From a virus (Duplodnaviria; Caudoviricetes), in the IMG/VR virus record IMGVR_UViG_3300017911_002158, positions 1 to 64,000 of that record: a stretch of 64,000 bases of DNA. One strand, given 5' to 3'. A program made the position numbers and the translations under genes. Positions 51,501 through 60,669 of this stretch are shown one piece after another (position 1 is the stretch's first letter; every line of letters begins with the position of its first letter). Below the pieces are notes generated by a model that saw only the letters and a list, made by a program, of their open reading frames with translations, ran no database searches and had not been told where the DNA came from.

Positions 51501-52862
51501 TATTGTATATGCTGGAGAGCCTGTGAAAATAGGATCTGTTTCTGTGAATCCTGTTATATAACCAATATCATTATATAAATGACTTACATTATCTCCGCTA
51601 ATAATAACTCCACTTAAAACACCAGTGACTGTTGAGCTATCATTATTTTGTAATACTAATTCATTATTACCGCTATTAAAAACTATATTAGTAGCATAAG
51701 TATCTGTATTTATGCCAGTTCCAGAAGCTAGTGCTGTTGACACTCCTGTAACGTGTCCATATGTATCAAAAAGTAAGTTTTGAATAAAAAAAGATCCACT
51801 ATTTGATGTGTCTGAAGCTGCAGAAACACCTATATGAGATCCGCTAAGAGCATATAATCCACTATTATTTAAAAACCCTATATAATCACCACTATGTAAA
51901 ACAACGCCAATATCTCCGGTTAGAGATGCTCCATCATTTCTGCTTAGAACAATTTCTCTTTGTTGGGTAGAATAAATTATTCCTGTTATAAAGGTATTTG
52001 TATCCTCTGGAATATTGTCTATTTGATCTTGTAGATATCCGGAAACAGAATTTAATTCGCCAGTTGTAGCATATTCAGATAAATCGCCTGTATGAACAAC
52101 ACCATTCAATATGCCTGTAACGCTACCAGACTGATGAGTAAGAACTAATTCACTAATAGAAGAATTATATGTTATTCCAGTTATATAAATATCAGAACCA
52201 GAAACTATGCCAGTACCACTAGCTGTAGCAACAACAATTCCGGTAATATGGCCATAATTATCTAATAAAATATCTTGAATAAAATTTTGACCAGAATTAT
52301 CTGAGCTAGAAGCAGCATTAATGCTCGGATGATAATCTGTTCCAGATATCAAAACCCCAGAAATAAATTCTAATGCAGAAGCTGACGAATTCACAGCAAC
52401 TACTTTAGAATTATTGCCACTAAAGGTTGATGGAGTATCTGTGAGATCTAAAAACGTTGACGCTCCTCCGCCTATGCCTGTACCAGTTGCATATGCAGAA
52501 TTTATACCAGTGATATGTCCATATTGATCTAGAAAAATATCTTGAATAAATAGATTCCCATCATTGTCTACAGAAGATGCTGCAGAAATAGTTGGATGAT
52601 CTATGATGAAGTCTGTGGTAATGACTAGATTTATATCGTTAACTTTTTCTATAGTTATAGAATTAGTACTTGAAGCACTGTCTACAGATGTAGTTATTTC
52701 GATAATATTTTTTGTGGTTTCTGCTGTTCCTGCTATCCCTTGTTCTATTTCCAAAAAAAATTTATCTTGCGAAGAGCTACTAGTAAAACTATCAGCAGTA
52801 CTAGTATTTACATCAATAATATATTTTTCAGCTTCAGAAACCTCTATTGTAAAGGTAGCCAT
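48564..52862 (-). CDS. Long modular fibre protein (1432 aa)
   Basis: Repeats DxYGHITG, SGDNxSxLNNDxGY, VGIG(T)xSP, DF(R/Q)VEG; C-terminal FPTTDGSADQVL. Confidence 0.8.
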   Translation of the reverse strand: MATFTIEVSEAEKYIIDVNTSTADSFTSSSSQDKFFLEIEQGIAGTAETTKNIIEITTSVDSASSTNSITIEKVNDINLVITTDFIIDHPTISAASSVDNDGNLFIQDIFLDQYGHITGINSAYATGTGIGGGASTFLDLTDTPSTFSGNNSKVVAVNSSASALEFISGVLISGTDYHPSINAASSSDNSGQNFIQDILLDNYGHITGIVVATASGTGIVSGSDIYITGITYNSSISELVLTHQSGSVTGILNGVVHTGDLSEYATTGELNSVSGYLQDQIDNIPEDTNTFITGIIYSTQQREIVLSRNDGASLTGDIGVVLHSGDYIGFLNNSGLYALSGSHIGVSAASDTSNSGSFFIQNLLFDTYGHVTGVSTALASGTGINTDTYATNIVFNSGNNELVLQNNDSSTVTGVLSGVIISGDNVSHLYNDIGYITGFTETDPIFTGSPAYTISTGDIANWNDSYGWGDHSTSGYLVSGDNISVLNNDAGYITGYTETGLNTFITGLTFDSGNNNLILQRNDSITITGHLEGVLVSGTNYHIPVNGTGINESGRTYVQDIFVDPYGHITGITTSTETVVDTNVFVTGITYNSSTHSLILSRNSGSITGILDNIIHSGDNVSFLNNDAGYITSGNFSLSGQLDGNLDLNGYDIVGTGNITIDGDVEANQFIGNLRGAIYFTAQAGEALTKGDVVYISGISGNKTVVSKADANDSSKMPAFGIAAETVNNNANVNIITFGSLYNIDTDTPDWDEGDELYVSNTAGVLTKTAPTGESSQIQKIAKVTRRDNSAGSIKVMGAGRTNATPNLNEGRLFVGNSSNQAVADGTIHVDISNSRVGIGTATPSEKLNVENGNVVFNDLGGNYDFRVEGDGETHLFQTDANKKTVGIGQSDPTYKLYVKTSNSDLDEDGLFIRGVGVDPAVMFMGQDTNESYITAKNNGILELNADIFSGAGGSAITFNVDDSEVMRVDYQDRVGILTASPETTLDVRGTIQAKAAGVKIQSVDSSVVVKQQAYSVGNIGILGTESNHNLEFRANNIGYMYLTTSGDVGIGTASPATKLHVVGDFSVSGGSVSITDEGYQLILRDTSSSNELKLGSFNTAGVIEVDPTDSITASYMQFGVDGNIRMQLLETSNVLNYSTTFTSTDGSNVSIFGNSVNVFNEDGNDIDFQVKGENDDNLLYVDANNDKVGIGTASPSEKLDIRYPTGGGMALIKDSDSNDGLLFGDMAYSTSDVYQGITHVGMTGSSDYMMISEGTNTLMSAKGTTGRVYIRGGGNYGSNQILVYGSSGYTENAAIELDAVAGKEIVVNQQQRNVDFRVESNTDEYLLFTDASANRVGIKTSSPDRDFHVNGETHLDGTTIIGTGLPSLGYRLTVDGNAKIDQLNINGNFTFPTTDGSADQVLVTNGSGALTWQDQQGAASSSNYIYSLIFR

Positions 52863-52863
52863 A

Positions 52864-53271
52864 TTAAGTAGTACATTCTAGTAACGTATTAGATTTACTA
52901 TATCGTTTAATAATATCAATAGTGCCGTATAAAATTCTAATTATATATTTACCACCATCCGTATAATGATCATCGTCTGATTGAAGCTCAAAATCATACT
53001 TAGCGGTAGAAAAATCGTAACTATTTGTTACATCTGCTGGTAATTCAAATTTCACTGTACCAGAATCATCATTTACTATAGTAAAGTTATACAGAGATGG
53101 ATCTGTATTTTCTGTGGTAAAAGTTGTGGTTGTTCCGAGATTGGTGGTCCAAATAATTCTGGCACACCAACCACGAATATCTACAGGATTATTATTGGCG
53201 TCTTTATAAATAACTGTCATCCTGAAAGAAGAGCCTTGTTCTATACTAAAATCATATTGACTAGCTGCCAT
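52864..53271 (-). CDS. Small beta-sandwich virion protein (BppU-N-like)
   Basis: GGAGG RBS before ATG 53271; YDFSIEQGSSF..PVDIRGW..YDFEL..RILYG. Confidence 0.6.
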   Translation of the reverse strand: MAASQYDFSIEQGSSFRMTVIYKDANNNPVDIRGWCARIIWTTNLGTTTTFTTENTDPSLYNFTIVNDDSGTVKFELPADVTNSYDFSTAKYDFELQSDDDHYTDGGKYIIRILYGTIDIIKRYSKSNTLLECTT

Positions 53272-53325
53272 TATTTGCCTCCTGTGGGGTCTGGCCAGAT
53301 TATATAATAGTATACACAATCCCAT

Positions 53326-53356
53326 AAAAAAAGGGCTAGCAAGTGCCAGCCCTTTT
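53326..53356 (-). terminator. Rho-independent terminator after the major capsid gene
   Basis: Minus strand AAAAGGGCTGGC-ACTT-GCTAGCCCTTTTTTT. Confidence 0.85.
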
Positions 53357-53381
53357 CTACTAGGAAGTAGTTCTCAGACAA

Positions 53382-54395
53382 TTAGAGAGAACCGAGGATG
53401 ACTCTGCGGTTGTCTAGAACAGCAAAGCCTTGCTCTGCCCAACCGTAGAAACCAGCTCTCTTCTGTCTGTGAAGCGAATCGTCTTCGAAGATTTGAACTT
53501 CTTGACGAACTGGCATCACAAAAGAATCTCTCTTGCGTAGGTCTAGACCAACGACAACTTCGGTATTGTGATCAGTTGGCATGGTGCCACTTAGTTCATT
53601 GGAGTAGAATAGTTGATACTCCTGACCACTACCTAGTTCGTCTAGGTCATGTAGATTAACGCCAAAGATTCTATTGACACTGCCATCAGCAGCTGTGTAG
53701 ATCTCACGACGAGTAACTTCGTCAACTTGATCAACACCCCAGTTGCGAATGTCCTCCATGGCTTCTGGAGAAACATATAGGTCTGTTAAGGCACCTCTAT
53801 TGTTTGAAGTGCTATTACCACCGCCATTACGACGCATAACAGTCTTCATGAGGCTAACAAGACGCTTAGTGAACTGACCGTTTTCAGCATCTCCATCATA
53901 AACAACGATGTTGCGATCAACACCAGCTGCTAATAGGGTATGCCAACCGTCGTCGTTCATCTTCTTAACGAACTGGGCTTCCATAACTTCCATAGCACGA
54001 CCAACAACATCCCAACGAGCATCACGGGCATACTTTAAGAGATAGTCGATGCTGGCACCAATGTCATAGGTTGGAACCATGACATAGTCGCCTTCGACAT
54101 GACGCTCTGGAATATATCCGTGATTTGGAATGGTATAAGCAACAAAATCTTTTTCAGTGCCAGGAGCAAGAAAATCCAATGGAAATTCTGGAGTGGCACT
54201 TTCTGATAATCTAACTGGCTCGAAAATGCCATCTAGAATATCTCCATTGAGAACACCTTGTCTTAATGGGAGTTCTAGAGCTTTGGCAAACTGTGCGTTA
54301 GCTTCTAAAGACTGATTCTTCTCTGCTGAGCCAGAGCGCATTAGAAGATCAGTAAGTTCTTGAGAAGGCTGAAATTTATCGTAAGATGCTGACAT
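53382..54395 (-). CDS. Major capsid protein (HK97 fold)
   Basis: Follows the protease/scaffold and decoration genes and precedes a terminator; biased codon usage; C-terminal GFYGWAEQGFAVLD. Confidence 0.85.
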   Translation of the reverse strand: MSASYDKFQPSQELTDLLMRSGSAEKNQSLEANAQFAKALELPLRQGVLNGDILDGIFEPVRLSESATPEFPLDFLAPGTEKDFVAYTIPNHGYIPERHVEGDYVMVPTYDIGASIDYLLKYARDARWDVVGRAMEVMEAQFVKKMNDDGWHTLLAAGVDRNIVVYDGDAENGQFTKRLVSLMKTVMRRNGGGNSTSNNRGALTDLYVSPEAMEDIRNWGVDQVDEVTRREIYTAADGSVNRIFGVNLHDLDELGSGQEYQLFYSNELSGTMPTDHNTEVVVGLDLRKRDSFVMPVRQEVQIFEDDSLHRQKRAGFYGWAEQGFAVLDNRRVILGSL

Positions 54396-54414
54396 TGTTT
54401 TTTTCTCCCATTTA

Positions 54415-54870
54415 TTAGACGTTGATTGAAACTTTAGCGTAACCGTCGGAATCTTTAGCGCTTAAGAACTGACCAACAGCAACTGCGCCAGTTTCTTGAG
54501 TAGCACTAATATTACCGCCACTATGAACATAAGCGACTTGACCAGCGGCTGGATCGCCATCAATGTTATTAGTAGTGACTTGACCATTTCTTAGGACAGT
54601 AACTTTGCCGCCCTTTTGTACTTCGTCTTTGTGCCAGTTAATGTGTTGTCTAGTTAGATCAAGATCTACAACATCATTAAGTAATACTCCGACAGGATAT
54701 GCACCGCTTGGATTGCTGGCATATGAGACAACAGCATTAGCATCGTCCATAGCAACTCCAACACCAGTTGAAGCTGTTGAAACAGATACTACGCCTCCTC
54801 TAGTACCAGTTGTACTCATGAAAAATGAGATATCAGTAAGTAGTTCGATACGATCAGGTTTTAGAGCCAT
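54415..54870 (-). CDS. Capsid decoration/cement protein
   Basis: Between scaffold and MCP; PAAGQVAY..G and VGQFLSAKDSDGYAKV beta-tulip-like pattern. Confidence 0.7.
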   Translation of the reverse strand: MALKPDRIELLTDISFFMSTTGTRGGVVSVSTASTGVGVAMDDANAVVSYASNPSGAYPVGVLLNDVVDLDLTRQHINWHKDEVQKGGKVTVLRNGQVTTNNIDGDPAAGQVAYVHSGGNISATQETGAVAVGQFLSAKDSDGYAKVSINV

Positions 54871-54872
54871 TT

Positions 54873-55628
54873 TTATTCTCCCTTATTTAGTTTTTTACCG
54901 AGTCTAGAATAAACAAAATCAATTAAAGCCGCGCTAGTTGTGTTGGCTTCAGAATTATCTTCACCACCAACAGTAAGATCTAGAGCTTCGGTCTCTTCAA
55001 CCTCTTCTAAAATCTCTTCTGTTGTATCAAATTCATTTTCTGCTTTTGATTCTTTTTCTTTTTTCTTATCTAAAGCTTCTTTGAGGGCTGGAGGCATAGC
55101 TGCTTCAGCTTCTTTTTCCTCTTTTTTGCCATCATGTTCTTTAGCCATTTTTTTCTTCATCATAGCAATTACTGAATCAAATGCTTCGTCATCCAGAGCA
55201 TCATAAGCAGCAAGAGACTCTTCAATTTCTGAGGCTTCAAATCCACAGTCAATCAAAGAGGCAGTTCTTTTTGCCATTAGTTCTTTGTTTTTCATGCCCT
55301 TGATCTCGTCTTTCATCTTCTTCATTGTTGCTTCTGCTTCATCAAGCTTTTTCTTGTCTTCTTCTTTTTCTGCCATATACTTTTTCATAGCAGCTTCAGA
55401 TTCTTCAAGCTTAGATTGTAGCTCTGCAATGGTAGCAACTTTATCATCAAGTTCAGCTTGAACCTGTTCTAAAGATGGACCTTCAGTTTGTTCGGTTTCA
55501 GAAACTTCTGTGACTTCTGTAGCTTCTACAGGTGCCTCAACGGTTTCTGTAGTTTCAGCTTCACAAGCAACGACTTGCTCTTCTGCAACTTCTTCAGGTT
55601 TAATTTCTAATTCTTCTTGTTTGCTCAT
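54873..55628 (-). CDS. Nested in-frame scaffold protein (MSKQEE..., 251 aa)
   Basis: Internal GGAGG (55637-55641) 8 nt before in-frame ATG 55628, with a GGTGTA motif at 55671-55676. Confidence 0.65.
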   Translation of the reverse strand: MSKQEELEIKPEEVAEEQVVACEAETTETVEAPVEATEVTEVSETEQTEGPSLEQVQAELDDKVATIAELQSKLEESEAAMKKYMAEKEEDKKKLDEAEATMKKMKDEIKGMKNKELMAKRTASLIDCGFEASEIEESLAAYDALDDEAFDSVIAMMKKKMAKEHDGKKEEKEAEAAMPPALKEALDKKKEKESKAENEFDTTEEILEEVEETEALDLTVGGEDNSEANTTSAALIDFVYSRLGKKLNKGE

Positions 55629-56459
55629 TATACAAGCCTCCACAGTATGAGTTTCTATGTAATCTAATGATACACCTTTATTTTCAGAAATAACGTTTTT
55701 TATTTGATCTTTTTTCATATCATCAAAATTGTCCAGTTTAGTCTGTAGTATAATACTATTAACATTTGCTGGTTTGTCAACATAGCCTTTACCACTAAAA
55801 GTAATATTTCTTAATACTCTACCAATTTTATAATTGTCTTTTTGTCCAGTTCCACCATAAGCTTTGAGGTATTTTGTTAAATATGCGCTATCATTATCTC
55901 TAGCAACAACTTTATAAGAACCAGTAGCAGGATCAGTAATGCCATAATCAAAATTATCGAAATAACATTCCATGCTTACATATTTAGTGCCTTCTTCGAT
56001 GGAGGCGATTAATTCTCTGGTTCTCTCTTTAAGTTCAGGATCAGTATATGCTTTGTAGATAACTGAGCCAGTTAAGATATGGAAATTCTTTGGAAGGTTT
56101 TCTGATGGTGTGTTCTTATCTATAAGAATACCATCCTCTGTAATAGGATAATTAGATATAATATGTCCTACTATAATTTTTTCATCATGATTTAAATTTG
56201 TAGGTTTATGCTCTGGTGTTTCTTTGGCCTTCCAAACTTCTTCTGGTTCAAAAATATCATCATTTTTATTCCAATTAGAAGAAACCAGAATTGACTGAAC
56301 ATAATACATATCGGTATCTTGTATAGATGCAAGAGCTTTCATCTGTTTAGAAATAGCATCTACACATAACGGTTCTGCTACAGATGCAAAAGACAATGAT
56401 TTATTGCCTATAATACTATCTGCTACTCCATCATCATATTCTTGTTGAAAAATTTGCAT
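54873..56459 (-). CDS. Prohead protease-scaffold fusion
   Basis: GGAGG RBS before ATG 56459; NKNDD, LNHD, VSMEC and DKPAN protease motifs; acidic coiled-coil C-terminal half. Confidence 0.75.
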   Translation of the reverse strand: MQIFQQEYDDGVADSIIGNKSLSFASVAEPLCVDAISKQMKALASIQDTDMYYVQSILVSSNWNKNDDIFEPEEVWKAKETPEHKPTNLNHDEKIIVGHIISNYPITEDGILIDKNTPSENLPKNFHILTGSVIYKAYTDPELKERTRELIASIEEGTKYVSMECYFDNFDYGITDPATGSYKVVARDNDSAYLTKYLKAYGGTGQKDNYKIGRVLRNITFSGKGYVDKPANVNSIILQTKLDNFDDMKKDQIKNVISENKGVSLDYIETHTVEACIMSKQEELEIKPEEVAEEQVVACEAETTETVEAPVEATEVTEVSETEQTEGPSLEQVQAELDDKVATIAELQSKLEESEAAMKKYMAEKEEDKKKLDEAEATMKKMKDEIKGMKNKELMAKRTASLIDCGFEASEIEESLAAYDALDDEAFDSVIAMMKKKMAKEHDGKKEEKEAEAAMPPALKEALDKKKEKESKAENEFDTTEEILEEVEETEALDLTVGGEDNSEANTTSAALIDFVYSRLGKKLNKGE

Positions 56460-56473
56460 TTTAGCCTCCAAAT

Positions 56474-58588
56474 TCAAGCATACACCATAGAATAGAAATA
56501 CGCCTTTAATTGTTTATAATCATCAGTAGTTAAGTCTTTGTCTATGCTAGATTTAATTTGTTTAGAAAACTGATTATATTTATTTATAGTGTTTTGATTT
56601 TGAGATGACTTAATCTTTTCTTTAATAAGTTCACTAGTAACATTGTCTAAAGGATTAATACTAAATAAGATAGATGTCTTAACATTGTCAGCTGTTTCAT
56701 ATTCTGACTGAGAAAGGCTTCTCATATTCTTTTTATTAAAAAACTCTAAGAATACAGGATTTACAATATCTGATATTTGTTCTTGTAGACCTAATGCTTT
56801 CATGATTAATGAGGCACCAGTCTGTGGGGCAAATTCTTTTTGTTTTCTTGGCTGGCTATCTTTAGAAGTTTTTGGTCTACCTTGACCAGATACGCCCTGA
56901 ATATCTTTTTTGGGAGCAAACTGACTTTTTAGTTCCAGCATTGTTTTTTCATTATTATCATTAGGATTCAGTTCTAGTCCCACTTGACTAGGAGTAGCAA
57001 TCCCTAATTGTAATGCTACCTTTCTTAGGTTGTAATCATTAGTAACATATGGTCCAAGCTTAGATTCTGTCTTGTTTTCTCTTTCTACTCGTACATTTTC
57101 TAGCTCAGGATCAGCACCAAATCTCTTTTGCACAAATTCATTGGACACAATATTACGATCTGCCAATTGAATGATCAATGCTTTTTCTGCTTCTTCATTG
57201 CTTAGATCCATGTTATCAAATTCTATTTTTGCAGAATACCTGAAGCCCATGACCTTTTGGATCATGTCTAGTTCTTCTTGCCAAAATCTTCTTAAAACAT
57301 CTCTGCCATATTGTAATCTTTGTGTTAGAGTTTTTAAGCTGATAAAATTATTGGTAGTACCAGCTGCTCCGTATGTTCCAGTTAGGGTTGGAGGAATGCC
57401 TAATCCAGCATATACATTATTGAGATGCGGAGTATATTTTGCCTCACCAAGAAATTGATGAACATTAGTATTGCTCTCAATCAACTCAATATCTGGACCC
57501 CAAACAATATCCATTGTACCACCGCCTACATTATTCTGTAAAATAGAAGCAAGCTTTGAAGCTGCTGCTTTGGTAGGTGCAATTTTATGGTCTAAATTAC
57601 CGAGCTTAAATATTCTAGTATTTGAAATAGCTCCATCAAGTGCTGCCATATCCGCTAGCTTCAATTTTTCTAAGACTGTAATATCATCCATGATGCTATA
57701 CATCATTGGAAATGCCCAAGTCTGCCAGTCATCCTTTTTGTAATGACTAACAATGACTTTATCAGGATCTAAGAAATATGGTTTTTTAGTTTTGGCTGCT
57801 TCAATTACCTCTGGAGGCAATTTAGAAACCATAAACTTTTCTGCATCATTTTTGGGAGAATTAATGATCTTACGAAGGTGTGCAGGAAGTTTCAAACCAT
57901 AAGCCTTTTTTCCGCCAACAAAAGAAGCTAGCGGACCAGCAGCGATTTCAATATACATAGGATCAATAAATGTATATTTCCAAGGGATTTCTTTGGCCCC
58001 AAGAGATGTAATTTCTTTACGAATATCTCTATCTGTAAAATCTGCAGCATTAGCTTTATACATATCTTTAATTGATCTGTTAGTAAGCTTTGCTGTTCTT
58101 CTTGTCATTACGACATTTCCTATGCGATATAGATTATTTAAAAATCTTTCGCTACGATCTTTTCCATTAACCTTTTTAAACCAATTCCTGTAAAATCTTT
58201 CTATTCTTTTATTAGGATGAGAAACAGTAATTCCCTGAGCAGCAAAATCACCCATAAGATCGATGACATTTTTAACTAATCCTACTCTTTGATAAATAAA
58301 TTCTGCTCTATTTAATACTGCATATATTTGATTAGGAACAGCTTCGTGAGGACGATAGTAATCATAGTCTGATTTGCTAAGTCCTGGTCTACTGGAAATA
58401 TTAGGTAGTAGATTCGAGAAATCTTGTCTATTAGATATTCTGCCAGTTCCAGCCTTGGCATGATGAATACCAACGTATTCTTCTAAAGATCCTGCGCTAG
58501 CACTCAATGCTTCTTGTTGACTAGCCTCATTGTCTCCCCAGAAAACAAAAGGAGTTTCTAGGTTCTCATTATTATTATTTTGTTTCAT
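56474..58588 (-). CDS. Portal protein
   Basis: Between terminase and protease; VGLVKNVIDLMGDF, VYAGLGIPPTL, GRP motif near the C-terminus. Confidence 0.8.
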   Translation of the reverse strand: MKQNNNNENLETPFVFWGDNEASQQEALSASAGSLEEYVGIHHAKAGTGRISNRQDFSNLLPNISSRPGLSKSDYDYYRPHEAVPNQIYAVLNRAEFIYQRVGLVKNVIDLMGDFAAQGITVSHPNKRIERFYRNWFKKVNGKDRSERFLNNLYRIGNVVMTRRTAKLTNRSIKDMYKANAADFTDRDIRKEITSLGAKEIPWKYTFIDPMYIEIAAGPLASFVGGKKAYGLKLPAHLRKIINSPKNDAEKFMVSKLPPEVIEAAKTKKPYFLDPDKVIVSHYKKDDWQTWAFPMMYSIMDDITVLEKLKLADMAALDGAISNTRIFKLGNLDHKIAPTKAAASKLASILQNNVGGGTMDIVWGPDIELIESNTNVHQFLGEAKYTPHLNNVYAGLGIPPTLTGTYGAAGTTNNFISLKTLTQRLQYGRDVLRRFWQEELDMIQKVMGFRYSAKIEFDNMDLSNEEAEKALIIQLADRNIVSNEFVQKRFGADPELENVRVERENKTESKLGPYVTNDYNLRKVALQLGIATPSQVGLELNPNDNNEKTMLELKSQFAPKKDIQGVSGQGRPKTSKDSQPRKQKEFAPQTGASLIMKALGLQEQISDIVNPVFLEFFNKKNMRSLSQSEYETADNVKTSILFSINPLDNVTSELIKEKIKSSQNQNTINKYNQFSKQIKSSIDKDLTTDDYKQLKAYFYSMVYA

Positions 58589-58635
58589 GTTTTTCAATAC
58601 TATTGCAATGTAATTGGTTTATGAATATTTACACC

Positions 58636-60669
58636 TTATTTTTGAATTCCTAGATAAATATCGTCATTTGCAGCTTTAGTAAACCACTCTGGTCCTTTAT
58701 ACATTTCAGAATCTTTGCTCTTAACCATATCCTGAGCACTTCCTCCTATTACATTATATTCAGGATCTACTAATTGTAAATCTAATTGTCTAGCTATCAT
58801 ATTAGAAATTAAAAGAGAACTATATCTATCTTTTCTTAATTTACCCTTTTTACCATGTGAACCTTTAACGTCCGGGGTATCCCACCTGTCTCTAGCCCCC
58901 ACCCCACTACTGGTTTGAGTCATAACTATGGTTGTAAGTTCATTTTTTAATTCTTCGATCTCTACAATGCATTCACTTAAACTGTCGTATAAGGGATTAA
59001 GATCTGCCTCTAAGATGTTCTTTCCTTCTTTTTCTAATGCTAAGCCAATGCTTAATGAATCAAATCTAGGAAAAATAAGTTTTTTATCTTCAAAGTCTTT
59101 TCTTAATCCATGATTAGCACCAGCCAACCAATCGAACTTTGCAAATTGTATCAGTTCTAGTATGTGTAATCCTACCTGATTATCAGTAGGTTTTGCTTTA
59201 TCATAATCTATAATTGGCCAAATTAAACTTTCTCCTTCTTGTAGATTTTTTGGATCATGCAAAGCTTCTTCAATTGCAACTCCACCGCCCTGAGCATCAA
59301 CACCTATACTAATAACATTAAAAGCTTTCATTAAGTTTCTTATTTTTCTGGCACAGAAACTATAGAAATCATGATCTTCAGTTAGTCCTGTTTTTTGTCT
59401 TTCTCTAAAGTTGCCTCTGTTAGTAGTCCAGCAATATACTAATCTTCTATGATCTTTATTTAGTTCTATTACTGTAATGCTAAAATTATCTTTTTCACTA
59501 GCAGGATCAACACCAATAATATATTGCTTATTAGGATCTCCTTTGATAGTAGGATCAAAATTAATCTCTCCGTCCAATCCAATAATAGGATTCTTTTCAT
59601 TACATGTGCAGCTTTCTATAAGGCTGCGCTTAAAGAAGCCTTCACTATCGCTAGTAAAACAAGCAGCATATTCCATTTGATAAATACCATTATGAATAGT
59701 AGCTTTTGCTCTAGCAACCTGCTTATCATCCATAAAGCCTTTAGGTATCATCTCATATGGAATCCTGATAACGCTATAATCTTTCCAATTAAAGTTTTCA
59801 GGAACAGGCCCACCAAAAATTTCTTCTAATTCTCTAGTATCCCCCTTGCTTTCTACAATAGCTTTATATCTTCTCCAATACTGAGCAAAATGCTTAAAGC
59901 TGTAATCAGCAGTTCCACTAATAATAGCTTGATTGCTTTTCTTCACCATTAATTCATCCATCTCTGGCGTCCATATGCCAGCTTCTTTCATGGCCTTTTT
60001 CTTAGCCTCTGCCTTCACGTTTTGTATGGGGCTAGCACTAACAGCAGCGAAGCCTGACACAACTGTTTCGTAGATGTCAGGACTTATTGATGCAAATTCG
60101 TCTGCAATAATAATATGGGCACGAAGACCTCTAATTTTATCACCAGTTCCTAATGGAATAGCAACTGCCCAACTTTCGCCCAGACGCATCGTACAACGAT
60201 CTACATCTCGTCTAGGACCATCACTAGCCCCATTGAATATGCTTCGAATAATGTCGCTGTTACGCCACAAATTCTCCATATATTCAAATATAATTTTACT
60301 CTGTCGAAATGCACTACCTACTATAACAATCTTACTACCAGGAACAAACATGCATTTAAGCATCGCATACATGCCTAGTATAAATGACTTACCAAAACCA
60401 CGACTTGCAATAAACATAGGAAATGGTCTGTTCCAAAATTCCTGTAGGATTGCTACTTGTATAGGATGTAGTTCTATTCCGAATAAACTCTTGACAGTAA
60501 ATCCAAAGTAGGTAGGATCTGTCATTATTTTTAATAGATGAGCATCTGGATTTTCAATATCATATTTGGATCGCCCAATCATAAGATTGCGATCTATTAC
60601 TAGCTTGCTGGTATCGCCCAGACCTAACCATGCTTCATCGAATTTTTTATTTTCTATTTTGCTGCTCAT
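58636..60669 (-). CDS. terL: Terminase large subunit
   Basis: Walker A ASRGFGKS, Walker B IIIADE, RNase H-like IIGVDPA and KDRYSS. Confidence 0.92.
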   Translation of the reverse strand: MSSKIENKKFDEAWLGLGDTSKLVIDRNLMIGRSKYDIENPDAHLLKIMTDPTYFGFTVKSLFGIELHPIQVAILQEFWNRPFPMFIASRGFGKSFILGMYAMLKCMFVPGSKIVIVGSAFRQSKIIFEYMENLWRNSDIIRSIFNGASDGPRRDVDRCTMRLGESWAVAIPLGTGDKIRGLRAHIIIADEFASISPDIYETVVSGFAAVSASPIQNVKAEAKKKAMKEAGIWTPEMDELMVKKSNQAIISGTADYSFKHFAQYWRRYKAIVESKGDTRELEEIFGGPVPENFNWKDYSVIRIPYEMIPKGFMDDKQVARAKATIHNGIYQMEYAACFTSDSEGFFKRSLIESCTCNEKNPIIGLDGEINFDPTIKGDPNKQYIIGVDPASEKDNFSITVIELNKDHRRLVYCWTTNRGNFRERQKTGLTEDHDFYSFCARKIRNLMKAFNVISIGVDAQGGGVAIEEALHDPKNLQEGESLIWPIIDYDKAKPTDNQVGLHILELIQFAKFDWLAGANHGLRKDFEDKKLIFPRFDSLSIGLALEKEGKNILEADLNPLYDSLSECIVEIEELKNELTTIVMTQTSSGVGARDRWDTPDVKGSHGKKGKLRKDRYSSLLISNMIARQLDLQLVDPEYNVIGGSAQDMVKSKDSEMYKGPEWFTKAANDDIYLGIQK

